A stretch of DNA of 45,255 bases from positions 1 through 45,255 of the forward strand of contig CAYROZ010000001.1 of NCBI GenBank assembly GCA_964426125.1, written 5' to 3'. The notes below the pieces were generated by a model that was not told the origin of the DNA, did no database searches, and saw nothing but the letters and a program-made list of their open reading frames with translations. This stretch comes from an uncultured Oscillospiraceae bacterium. Lineage in GTDB: Bacteria; Bacillota; Clostridia; Oscillospirales; Oscillospiraceae. Position numbers and translations under genes: made by a program. Below are positions 16,993 to 25,516 of the stretch, in pieces; position 1 is the stretch's first letter, and each line of letters begins with the position of its first letter.

Positions 16993-18330
16993 TCAGTCGC
17001 AAAAACGGGTGAAGATGGCGGCGGCGGCGTCCTTGCCCGCGGCCACGGCCTTGATGAGCGTGGCGGCACCCGTCACGGCGTCGCCTCCGGCGTAAACGCC
17101 GTCGAGCTCGGTGGCGTAGTTCTTGTCCACGATCGCGCGGCCCCGCTCGTCGCAGGGGAGACCCGGCAGGGCGACCGGTTCAAAGCCCAGCGCCAGAATG
17201 ACCAGATCGGTCTCGAGCGAAAGGGTCTCGCCGCTGGGGGCCACATTGTTGCGGCCGCCGGGATAATCCGGCGCGGTGAGCTGCATCCTGTCGCACTCCA
17301 GCGCGGCCACATGGCCGTTTTCGCCCAGGAAGCGGACGGGTGCTGCCTGCTCGATGAGCTTCACGCCCTCCTCGCGCGCCACGGCCTTTTCCGCCTCAGC
17401 GGCGGGCATATCCTGCGCCGTGCGCCGGTAGACAAGGCTCACGCTGTCCGCGCCCCGGCGGATGGCGGTGCGCGCCGCGTCGATGGCGGTGTTGCCGCCG
17501 CCGAGCACCAGAACGGTTTTGCCCTCGTATGCGGCGGGATTTTTCAGATAATCCTCCGCCTGCACCACGCCGCGCAGCGCGCGGCCCTCGATGGCAAGCT
17601 CGGTGCATTGGCCCGCGCCCGTGGCCACGAACACGACGTCATGCTGCGCGCGAAGCTGCTCAAGCGCCACATCGCGGCCGACCTCGGTGTTCAGATGGAA
17701 GATCACGCCCAGCTTTGTGAGATGGTCGATCTGGCGCTGCATATGCACGGCGGGCAGCACGAAGCTCGGAATGCCCCAAACGGGCACGCCGCCGGGGCGG
17801 TCGCTCTTTTCGTAAATGTCCACATGGAAGCCGCTCAAAACCAGCGAGGCGGCGCAGCCGATGCCGGCCGGGCCGGAGCCCACGATGGCGGCCGAGCGGC
17901 CGTTTGCCTCGGGAGCCTCCGGCGGCAGACCGTAGGTTTTCCGGTGCCAGTCGGCCACAAAGCGCTCCAGACGCCCGATGGCCACGGGCTCGCCCTTGAT
18001 GGAGCGGGTGCAGTTTGCCTCGCACTGGCTCTCGCACGGGCAAACGCGGCCGGACAGCTCCATGAAGGGGTTGGTGCGCGACAGCAGCTCCCACGCGGCC
18101 AGCAGGTCGCCCAGACGGATCTGCTCGATGAATTCGGGAATATAGTTGTGGGCCGGGCAGCTTGCCGCGCAGTAGCGGTCCGGGCAGTTGAGACAGCGGC
18201 GGGCCTCGGCCTGGGCCTCGGCCAGCGTGTAGCCGAGCTCAACTTCCTCAAAATCCTTCACGCGCTCGGCCGCGGGACGGGTCTGCACGGGGGTTTTGGT
18301 CAGCGAGAGGTTGGGGTTGGAATTGATCAT
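16993..18330 (-). CDS. GltD-like NAD(P)H-dependent Fe-S flavoprotein oxidoreductase (glutamate synthase small-subunit family)
   Basis: ATG 18330 overlaps the upstream stop (ATGA). SD GGAGGGAACGAA. Cys clusters CLNCPDRYCAASCP and CPCESQCEANC. Two Rossmann motifs AIVGSGPAGIGCA and VLVLGGGNTAIDAA. Confidence 0.88.
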   Translation of the reverse strand: MINSNPNLSLTKTPVQTRPAAERVKDFEEVELGYTLAEAQAEARRCLNCPDRYCAASCPAHNYIPEFIEQIRLGDLLAAWELLSRTNPFMELSGRVCPCESQCEANCTRSIKGEPVAIGRLERFVADWHRKTYGLPPEAPEANGRSAAIVGSGPAGIGCAASLVLSGFHVDIYEKSDRPGGVPVWGIPSFVLPAVHMQRQIDHLTKLGVIFHLNTEVGRDVALEQLRAQHDVVFVATGAGQCTELAIEGRALRGVVQAEDYLKNPAAYEGKTVLVLGGGNTAIDAARTAIRRGADSVSLVYRRTAQDMPAAEAEKAVAREEGVKLIEQAAPVRFLGENGHVAALECDRMQLTAPDYPGGRNNVAPSGETLSLETDLVILALGFEPVALPGLPCDERGRAIVDKNYATELDGVYAGGDAVTGAATLIKAVAAGKDAAAAIFTRFCD

Positions 18331-20024
18331 TTCGTTCCCTCCATTTCCTTCACGGCATTTTCGGCGGAGCGGTAAGCGGAGGCAAAGGCCCACGTCAGCT
18401 CGGAAATCACGGCCATCTTGCCTCTGCGGTGCATGGCGGAGGTGGCGTCGCCGCCGCCGTACAGACCGGGTATGACGCTGCCGTCGTTTCGCAGCACCTC
18501 GCACTTGCCGTTCACCATCAGTCCGCCCATGGCGGCCTCGGAGAAGCGCTGGGCATAGACGGCGTAGTACGGGCCGGTCTCCTGGGCGATGAGGTGTTCC
18601 GGCGCTTTGCCGAACTGCTCGTCGCAGCCGGTGCGGCAGTAGCGGTTGTAGTCGTCCACGGTTTTGACCAGAACGGCGGGGTCCATGCCGAGCTTTTCGG
18701 CCAGCTCCCCGATGGTGTCGGCGATCATGACGGGCGGATTCTTGTAGCCGGCCTCGCGTTCCAGATCCGCCTGATAGCCCACATAGCAGCGGCGCTCGTC
18801 GGCCAGGGTGGGGTCGTTCAGATAGCCGCGGAAGATGTCGTCGATGTTCTTCTGGCTCCAGATGCTCCATATGGCGTGGTTGGGATGGCCCTTGATGTTC
18901 TGTGTGCCCATGAACAGGCCGCCGGACTCATCCTGCCAGCGCACGCCGGTGAGGTCAACGGAAAGCGCGCTCGGCTCCTCGTTGAGGCGGTACAGGCAGT
19001 AGCTGTAGGGGTGGTGCGCCGGGCCGAACTGGGAAAGGAACATCCGCTCGGGAACGGGCTCCACGCCCAGCTCCTGCAGCATGTCGATGGCGTCGCCGGT
19101 GTCGCTGGGAACGGAGAAGCGCGTGACGGGGTGCTCCTCCTCGAAGAAATTCGTGTATTTGCGCAGCTTCTCGTCGCTCATGCCGAAGCCGCCCGTGGCG
19201 AGTATCACGGCCTTGGCCCGAACCTCGGTCTCGCCGCCGGGGTCCAGCGCCAGAACGCCGCACACGCGGCCAGCGTCGTCCGTGAGCAGATGCTTCGCCT
19301 CGTGCTGCAGCAGGATCTCCACATCGAGCTTTTGCTGCGGTATGGCGGCCAGCATGGCGTTTTTCACAAAGGTGCCGCCCCAGCCGGGCCCGATGGAGGG
19401 GTCCAGACTGCGCTGGTTTTCGCAGGGCGTTTTCACATGGATGACCGCCGGGCCAAAAATGGGGCCGACGGCGCGCTTTTCGCCCAGCTTTTCGAGCGTG
19501 AAAAAGTCCTTCGCGCCGGGGAAGGTAAGCAGCCAGTCAAAAAATTCGGAGCAGCCGTAGATCGCGGTGCGCAGCACGTCCTTGTCCAGAATGTGCTCGC
19601 CGCGCTCGTACATGACCTCCACGGCCTCCTCGCGCATGTCCTCGAGCCCAAGCTCCTCATGCCAGCGGGAGTAGACGGGGAAAAAGCCGTGGGCCAGATT
19701 GGTGTTGCCGCCGCATATTTTGGCCTTTTCCAGCAGTATGACCTTCTTGCCAAGCTGCGCGGCCCGGATGGCGGCCACAAGACCGCTGCCGCCGCCGCAG
19801 ACCACCAGGTCACATTCGCGCACGATCTTCTCGTGCGGCGTGGGGACGGTTTTATCGTCCACATCCACGATGGAGCAGGTGGGGCAGTGCTTTTCGCACA
19901 GACCGCACTGCACGCATTTGTCCGGGTCGATCTGGTAGCGGGGGCCGTCATAATAGAGCGCCTGCATCGGGCACACCAGCTCGCAGGTGTGGCAGCCGCT
20001 GCAGGAATCCTTGATAACATACAT
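18327..20024 (-). CDS. Fusion of a 2x[4Fe-4S] ferredoxin domain and an FAD_binding_2 flavoenzyme (fumarate reductase/3-ketosteroid dehydrogenase superfamily)
   Basis: CSGCHTCELVCP and CVQCGLCEKHCP motifs, then DLVVCGGGSGLVAAIRAAQLGKKVILLEK, and C-terminal GLYGGGDATS. Start at 20024 gives 9-nt SD spacing. ATG 20030 is the alternative. Confidence 0.88.
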   Translation of the reverse strand: MYVIKDSCSGCHTCELVCPMQALYYDGPRYQIDPDKCVQCGLCEKHCPTCSIVDVDDKTVPTPHEKIVRECDLVVCGGGSGLVAAIRAAQLGKKVILLEKAKICGGNTNLAHGFFPVYSRWHEELGLEDMREEAVEVMYERGEHILDKDVLRTAIYGCSEFFDWLLTFPGAKDFFTLEKLGEKRAVGPIFGPAVIHVKTPCENQRSLDPSIGPGWGGTFVKNAMLAAIPQQKLDVEILLQHEAKHLLTDDAGRVCGVLALDPGGETEVRAKAVILATGGFGMSDEKLRKYTNFFEEEHPVTRFSVPSDTGDAIDMLQELGVEPVPERMFLSQFGPAHHPYSYCLYRLNEEPSALSVDLTGVRWQDESGGLFMGTQNIKGHPNHAIWSIWSQKNIDDIFRGYLNDPTLADERRCYVGYQADLEREAGYKNPPVMIADTIGELAEKLGMDPAVLVKTVDDYNRYCRTGCDEQFGKAPEHLIAQETGPYYAVYAQRFSEAAMGGLMVNGKCEVLRNDGSVIPGLYGGGDATSAMHRRGKMAVISELTWAFASAYRSAENAVKEMEGTK

Positions 20025-20054
20025 ATGCATGAACTCCTTTCGCCGCACAGGCAG

Positions 20055-20072
20055 CGTGATTTTCTTCACAAT
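20055..20072 (-). promoter_or_regulatory. Candidate Rex/CRP-FNR-type operator in the reductase operon leader
   Basis: Minus strand ATTGTGAAGAAAATCACG. The left half matches the Rex half-site TTGTGAA 7/7, and the right half ATCACGC matches TTCACAA 4/7. The site also reads TGTGA-N6-TCACG. It lies just downstream of the predicted -10. Confidence 0.35.
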
Positions 20073-20083
20073 GTCCTGAGCTT

Positions 20084-20112
20084 ACTATACCACGAGTGCG
20101 CCGGATTGAAAA
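20084..20112 (-). promoter_or_regulatory. Promoter of the reductase operon
   Basis: Minus strand TTTTCA (20112..20107), 17-nt spacer, TGgTATAGT extended -10 (-10 at 20089..20084). Confidence 0.55.
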
Positions 20113-20158
20113 TACCCCACCATTAAGTAACCTTCCTACATGGAAGAAACAAGGAGGA

Positions 20159-20782
20159 ATGTTAGCTTGTCAAAGTTTCGACCAGAGTGATAGAATGAAA
20201 ATGATCACAATGGAGATGGACGATAAAATGGACTTTAAAAATCAGGAAGTGGTTTTCAGCGATGACACGCGCGCCGAAAAGGAGCGAAAGCTGCACTCGC
20301 TGATGTCCACGCAGGAGGAGCGCGAGCGTCTGCTCGAGGTCACGCCGCCGCTGGAGCCGGACGAGCCGAACGTATACGATGACCCCTATTCCCATATGAT
20401 GCGGCTGATCTTCAACCGCTGGAAGCCGTTTTTGCTGCGCGCGATCTATGTGGACGAGGGGACATATTTCTCCAAATTCCTCAAGCAGCTTCCCATCACG
20501 CAGAAGGTGCTCAGCCAGAATTTGAAGGATATGCAAAACGACGGCCTCATCTACCGCAACGTGCTGCCGGAGGTGCCGCCGCGCGTGGAATACTGCCTGA
20601 CGGATTCCGGCCGCGCCATGATCGGACTGCTCGATCTGGTGTATGACTGGGGTTGGGTGGATATGCGGCGCAAGGGACTGCCGGTCGATCCCATGGGCGA
20701 GATCTGGCATGGCTACCGCGAGCGGGATGAGGCGCTTTTGAGCCATCCGCCGCGCAGCGCCCGGCAGAACGAAAGAGGCTGA
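20159..20782 (+). CDS. HxlR-family winged-helix transcriptional regulator with N-terminal extension
   Basis: C-terminal HxlR core: NRWKPFLLRAIYVDEGTYFSKFLKQLPITQKVLSQNLKDMQNDGLIYRNVLPEVPPRVEYCLTDSGRAM. Start is uncertain among ATG 20159 (SD abuts the codon), 20195 and 20228. A possible promoter TTGTCA-18-TGaTAGAAT at 20167..20196 would favour 20228. Confidence 0.8.
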   Translation: MLACQSFDQSDRMKMITMEMDDKMDFKNQEVVFSDDTRAEKERKLHSLMSTQEERERLLEVTPPLEPDEPNVYDDPYSHMMRLIFNRWKPFLLRAIYVDEGTYFSKFLKQLPITQKVLSQNLKDMQNDGLIYRNVLPEVPPRVEYCLTDSGRAMIGLLDLVYDWGWVDMRRKGLPVDPMGEIWHGYRERDEALLSHPPRSARQNERG

Positions 20783-20809
20783 CATAGTTTCCGAAAAGAA
20801 ACTATGTTT
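20783..20809 (+). terminator. Terminator after the HxlR gene
   Basis: CATAGTTTC-CGAAAA-GAAACTATG (perfect 9-bp stem) followed by TTT, immediately after the stop codon. Confidence 0.6.
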
Positions 20810-20862
20810 CCGTCAAAACGCCTTGTATCATGGGCAGGCGGTCGTTTCAATTTGGTGCGTTA

Positions 20863-20891
20863 TTTACAAATGCGCCAAGGTGTGTTATATT
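20863..20891 (+). promoter_or_regulatory. Promoter of the ABC transporter operon
   Basis: TTTACA (20863..20868), 17-nt spacer, TGtTATATT (-10 at 20886..20891). Confidence 0.65.
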
Positions 20892-20948
20892 TTTATCGGA
20901 TGGAACGCGGTGTGAAGCCGCGCCAAAAAATGAAAAGGAGATCTGACA

Positions 20949-22550
20949 ATGAAAAAGTATCTTGCGCTCCTGCTGGCTCTGGCCATGATGCTGGCGCTGG
21001 CCGCGTGCGGCTCGGCTCCGGCGGAGGAAGCGACCACGGCCGAGGCTCCCGCTGCGGCGGCTCCCGAGGCGGCGGCTCCTGCGGCTCCGGGCGAAAAGAG
21101 CACCGAAGTGACCATCGGCGTGGTGGACACCCACTACCCCGCTTATCCCTCCTCCGCGGCGGACGACGACTTCGTCTGCTCCGGCATGGTGTACGATAAG
21201 CTGTTCGAGGTCGACGACTTCACCGGCGAGTATGTCTCCTACATCCTCGACTCCTATGAGTGGCTGGACGACGTGACCTTCACCATGACGGTCAAGGACG
21301 GCATTTACTTCTCCGACGGCAAGCAGATGACCGCCGAGGACGTGCTGTTCTCTCTGCAGAACTACATTCTTCAGGGCGAGACCACCGATAAATATCAGTA
21401 CTATTCCCAGATCGACTTTGGTGCCTGCACCATCTCCGATGACGGCATGACCGTCACCATCGTTTACAAGGCGCCCTATGGCCCCGCGCTGCGCACGCTC
21501 AACTGCCCCGTGATGCAGAAGACCTTCACCGAAGCGCACGCTTCGTCCGAGATGATCTGGTTCACGGCCCCCGTCGGCTCCGGCCCCTATGCTATCACCG
21601 ACATGGTGCAGGACTCCTATGTTGAGTTCACGCTGCGCGAGGATTACTGGGATACCTCCCGTACCTTCGACGCCACCAAGATCACGCTGAAGTTCTACTC
21701 CGATGAAAGCGCCATGTACATGGACTATCAGGCGGGCAACCTGGACGTTATCTACAACATCGGCGCCACCACCGTTGAGTCCATCGAGGCCGCCGGCGGC
21801 GCGCAGGGCACCGTCCAGTACTATCCCGACAACGACGTTCTCTATCTGCACCTCAACGAGGATAACCCCGTTCTGGCCGATCCTCTGGTCCGCGAGGCCA
21901 TTGCCCACGCGCTGGATATGGAATACATCACCGACGTGGCCTACGGCGCGCTCGGCGAACTGGCCACCAGCCACTACCCCACCACCTTCGATGCTTATGT
22001 GGCCCACGAAGGCTATGAGTACGATCCCGAGCTGGCCGTGGAGCTGCTCGAGCAGGCCGGCTACAAGTCCGGCGACATCGTGATCGACTGGGTCTCCCCC
22101 GACCTGCCCCCCGAACCCCAGATCGGCGAGGCCGTGCAGGCTCTGCTCAGCCAGGTCGGCATCACGGTGAACGTGCAGACCTATGAGCTGGCCACCGCGC
22201 TCGGCTACCACCTCGGCGGCGAGACCGACATCTCCTGCAGCCATACCATGGGCGGCAACCCCACCAAGGAGCCGGACAACGCTCTGTCCTCCTTCTATGA
22301 TAAGGGCGCGTTCGCTTCCTTCTCCATCTCCGACCCGCAGTACAACGAGTACTACTACAACGGCCTTTACAGCGTGGACGAGGAGACCCGCTGGGAGAAC
22401 TACCGCAATCTCGACCAGTGGCTGTATGACAACTACATGGTGCTGCCCGTGTGCGAGGTCATGAAGGCTGTGGCCTACAACGACCGCATCGCGAGCTTTG
22501 ACCAGTCCGCGCTGATGCGCAGCTGCCTCGGCTCTCTGAAGCTGGCCTGA
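20949..22550 (+). CDS. ABC transporter substrate-binding lipoprotein, family 5 (peptide/nickel/opine type)
   Basis: Signal peptide with lipobox LALAAC and an Ala/Pro/Glu linker. SBP_bac_5-like body (FTLREDYWD, DVIYNIG, ELLEQAGY). First gene of the permease/ATPase operon. Confidence 0.9.
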   Translation: MKKYLALLLALAMMLALAACGSAPAEEATTAEAPAAAAPEAAAPAAPGEKSTEVTIGVVDTHYPAYPSSAADDDFVCSGMVYDKLFEVDDFTGEYVSYILDSYEWLDDVTFTMTVKDGIYFSDGKQMTAEDVLFSLQNYILQGETTDKYQYYSQIDFGACTISDDGMTVTIVYKAPYGPALRTLNCPVMQKTFTEAHASSEMIWFTAPVGSGPYAITDMVQDSYVEFTLREDYWDTSRTFDATKITLKFYSDESAMYMDYQAGNLDVIYNIGATTVESIEAAGGAQGTVQYYPDNDVLYLHLNEDNPVLADPLVREAIAHALDMEYITDVAYGALGELATSHYPTTFDAYVAHEGYEYDPELAVELLEQAGYKSGDIVIDWVSPDLPPEPQIGEAVQALLSQVGITVNVQTYELATALGYHLGGETDISCSHTMGGNPTKEPDNALSSFYDKGAFASFSISDPQYNEYYYNGLYSVDEETRWENYRNLDQWLYDNYMVLPVCEVMKAVAYNDRIASFDQSALMRSCLGSLKLA

Positions 22551-22581
22551 GCGAACGGCGGCAAAATTTGAGTTTTCCAAA

Positions 22582-22608
22582 GCCAGCCCCCACAAGCTGG
22601 GGGCTGGC
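22582..22608 (+). other. Intra-operon GC-rich stem-loop after the SBP gene
   Basis: GCCAGCCCCC-ACAAGCT-GGGGGCTGGC (10-bp perfect stem) between the SBP stop and the permease SD. No strong T-run follows. This is typical of partial terminators or mRNA stabilisers that raise SBP stoichiometry. Confidence 0.5.
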
Positions 22609-22631
22609 GACTTATTAGGAGGTGCTCATCC

Positions 22632-23606
22632 TTGTTTCGATTCATATTGAAGCGCTTGCTCATCATCATTCCCACGCTGCTGGGTGTGATGCTGGTCATC
22701 TTCACCATCAATTACTTCATCCCCGGCGATCCGGCCATTCTGGCGCTGGGCTCGAACTACACGGAGGAGGCCTATGAAGCCAAGCGGGCGGAAATGGGTC
22801 TGGACAAGTCCTTCATCGTGCGGTATGTGGATTATGTGGTCGATATTGCAACAAAGCTCGATCTCGGCACCTCCTACGATACGTCCCGTCCGGTCAAGGA
22901 CGCCATCTTCAACTCCCGCTTGGGCGTCACGCTGAAGGTGGGCTTGCTCTCGTGCATCATAACCGTTGTGTTGGGGGTGGGCATCGGAATACTGTCGGCG
23001 GTGAAAAAATACACCGCCATCGACTACACGGCCACCACCCTCGCGGTATTTTTCTCGGCGGCTCCGGCCTTCTGGATCGCGCTGATGAGTATGCTCATTT
23101 TCAGCCTCAAGCTCGGGTGGCTGCCGGCCTCGTGGGATAACGGCAGCTTAAAGGGTCTGATTTTGCCGGTGTTCTGCATGGCGCTCAGCCCGATCTCGCT
23201 CGTTGTGCGTATGACGCGCACGAGTATGCTGGATGTGATCAACCAGGACTACATCCGCACGGCCCGTGCCAAGGGCGTGAAGGAGCGCGTCGTTATCTTC
23301 AGCCACGCGCTGCGCAACGCCATGATCCCCGTGCTCACGGTCATTGGCGCGCAGCTTACCATGGTCATCGGCGGCTCGTTCATCATCGAGTCCGTGTTTT
23401 CCATTCCCGGCATCGGCATGCTGCTGCTGTCCGCCATCAACACGCGCGACTTCCCCATGATCCAGGGCACCGTGCTTGTGCTGTCGTTCTTCGTTTGCAT
23501 GGTGAACCTGCTGGTGGATGTGGCCTATGCCTATGCCGACCCGCGAATCAAGGCCCAGTATGAGGGCCAGAACAAGCGCCGCAAGCTGAAAGAAAAGGAG
23601 GCCTGA
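22632..23606 (+). CDS. ABC transporter permease (DppB/OppB type)
   Basis: TTG start 9 nt after AGGAGG. N-terminus FRFILKRLLIIIPTLLGV. EAA-loop region YIRTARAKGVKERVVIFSHALRNA. Confidence 0.92.
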   Translation: MFRFILKRLLIIIPTLLGVMLVIFTINYFIPGDPAILALGSNYTEEAYEAKRAEMGLDKSFIVRYVDYVVDIATKLDLGTSYDTSRPVKDAIFNSRLGVTLKVGLLSCIITVVLGVGIGILSAVKKYTAIDYTATTLAVFFSAAPAFWIALMSMLIFSLKLGWLPASWDNGSLKGLILPVFCMALSPISLVVRMTRTSMLDVINQDYIRTARAKGVKERVVIFSHALRNAMIPVLTVIGAQLTMVIGGSFIIESVFSIPGIGMLLLSAINTRDFPMIQGTVLVLSFFVCMVNLLVDVAYAYADPRIKAQYEGQNKRRKLKEKEA

Positions 23607-23608
23607 GC

Positions 23609-24490
23609 ATGAATAAAAAAGAAACTTCGGGCCCGCGTCTGGACGAGCGCCGCCACAGCCAGCTCGGCGACACCTGGCGGCAGTTCTGCCGCAACAAGCT
23701 GGCCGTGTTTGGCCTTTGCCTGGCGGTGTTTCTGGTGCTGGTCGCCATCTTTGCCAACGTTCTCGCCCCCTATGACCCCACGGCCATTTCCCGCGACCGT
23801 ATGGCCATGCCCTCGGCGGAGCACTGGTGCGGCACGGATAACTTCGGCCGCGACCTGTTCAGCCGCATCATCTACGGCGCGCGCGTGTCGCTGCTGATCT
23901 CGCTTTTGAGTCTGATCATCGGCATGATCATCAGCATTGTGCTCGGCGCCACGGCGGGCTACTTCGGCGGGCTGTATGAGTCCATCGTTATGCGCGTCTG
24001 CGACATCCTCATGTGTATTCCCGGTATGCTGCTGGCGGTGTGCATCTCGGCGCTGCTGGGCGTTGGCATATTGAACACAGCCATCGCCATCGCCATCGGA
24101 GGCATGGCCCCCGGTGTGCGCATGATCCGCGCCACGGTCATGCAGATCCGCTCCCAGGAATATGTGGAGGCCGCCCGCGCCACGGGCTCGGGCCACTTCA
24201 AGATCATCTTCCACGAGATCATGCCGAACGTGCTGTCGCCTCTGATCGTGGACGCCACGATGCGCATCGGCGGCAACATTCTGCAGATCTCGGGTCTGAG
24301 CTTCATCGGCCTCGGCGTGCAGCCGCCCACATCCGAGTGGGGCTCCATCATGAGCGCCGGACAGGAGTTCATCACCAGCTTCTGGCCCATGATCACCTTC
24401 CCCGGCATCGCCATCATGGTGACGGTGTTCGCCTTCAACGTCATGGGCGACGGTCTGCGCGATGCGCTCGACCCGCGCTTGAAGCAGTAA
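23609..24490 (+). CDS. ABC transporter permease (DppC/OppC type)
   Basis: Starts 2 nt after the previous stop. Motifs HWCGTDNFGRDLFSRIIYGARVSL and YVEAARATGSGHFKIIFHEIMPNV. Confidence 0.92.
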   Translation: MNKKETSGPRLDERRHSQLGDTWRQFCRNKLAVFGLCLAVFLVLVAIFANVLAPYDPTAISRDRMAMPSAEHWCGTDNFGRDLFSRIIYGARVSLLISLLSLIIGMIISIVLGATAGYFGGLYESIVMRVCDILMCIPGMLLAVCISALLGVGILNTAIAIAIGGMAPGVRMIRATVMQIRSQEYVEAARATGSGHFKIIFHEIMPNVLSPLIVDATMRIGGNILQISGLSFIGLGVQPPTSEWGSIMSAGQEFITSFWPMITFPGIAIMVTVFAFNVMGDGLRDALDPRLKQ

Positions 24491-24502
24491 GGAGGGGCAG
24501 AC

Positions 24503-25516
24503 ATGAGTCATTTGCTTGAGATCAAAGACCTCGAGGTCGCGTTCCACACCATGGATTCGCACATCCACGCCGTAAACGGCGTGTCGCTTACGCTCGATGC
24601 CGGCGAAACGCTTGGCCTTGTGGGCGAGACCGGCGCGGGCAAAACCACCACGGCGCTGTCCGTGCTCAACCTCATCCAGTCGCCCCCCGGCCGCATCGAA
24701 AAGGGCGAGATATGGTTTGAAGGCAGCGATATTCTGAAAATGACGGACGAGCAGCTGCATGACATCCGCGGCTCGGCCATCAGCATGATATTCCAGGATC
24801 CCATGACCGCGCTCAACCCCATCTTCCGCGTGGAGGACCAGATCGCGGAGGTCGTGAAGATCCACGAAAAGGTATCCAAGCACGAGGCCGTGGCCAAGGC
24901 GCGGGAGATGCTGGAGTTCGTGGGCATCCCCGCCGATCGCGGCGTGGAGTATCCCCACCAGTTCTCCGGCGGCATGAAGCAGCGCGTGGTCATTGCCATG
25001 GCGCTGGCCTGCTCGCCGAAGCTGCTCATTGCCGACGAGCCCACCACCGCGCTGGATGTGACCATTCAGGCGCAGGTGCTCGACATGATGACGGAGCTGA
25101 AAACCAAGCTCAACTCCGCCATGATCCTCATCACGCACGATCTGGGCGTGGTGGCGGAAACCTGCGACAAGGTGGCCATCATGTACGCCGGCGAGATCGT
25201 GGAGCTGGGCACGCTGGAGGATATCTTCGAGCGCACGGCCCACCCCTACACCGAAGGGCTTTTCAACTCGCTGCCCTCGCTCGATTCCGAGGTGGAGCGG
25301 CTCAAGCCCATCGTGGGTCTGATGCCGGACCCGGCGAATCTGCCGGCTGGCTGCAAGTTCCATCCCCGCTGCCCCTATGCCGATGAGCGCTGTGCCCAAA
25401 CCGAGCCGACGCTGCGGGAAAAGGCCCCCGGCCATATGTGCCGCTGCCACCGCATGGAGGAGCTTTCGCTTCGCAGCGTGGACGAAGATGAAGGAAAGGC
25501 GGGTGAGACCCTGTGA
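24503..25516 (+). CDS. ABC transporter ATP-binding protein (OppD/DppD type)
   Basis: Walker [10 protein letters not shown], signature FSGGMKQR, Walker [13 protein letters not shown], and the oligopeptide-type C-terminal Cys motif (CKFHPRCPY). Confidence 0.94.
   Translation: MSHLLEIKDLEVAFHTMDSHIHAVNGVSLTLDAGETLGLVGETGAGKTTTALSVLNLIQSPPGRIEKGEIWFEGSDILKMTDEQLHDIRGSAISMIFQDPMTALNPIFRVEDQIAEVVKIHEKVSKHEAVAKAREMLEFVGIPADRGVEYPHQFSGGMKQRVVIAMALACSPKLLIADEPTTALDVTIQAQVLDMMTELKTKLNSAMILITHDLGVVAETCDKVAIMYAGEIVELGTLEDIFERTAHPYTEGLFNSLPSLDSEVERLKPIVGLMPDPANLPAGCKFHPRCPYADERCAQTEPTLREKAPGHMCRCHRMEELSLRSVDEDEGKAGETL

Noticed and set aside
20140-20190. A 16-codon mini-ORF (ATG 20140 ... TGA) and the very strong SD AAGGAGGA at 20151..20158 in the HxlR upstream region.
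   Set aside because: The mini-ORF has no SD of its own. The strong SD has essentially no spacing to ATG 20159 and no in-frame start at proper distance. There is no evidence that it is functional. It is mentioned only as part of the HxlR start ambiguity.
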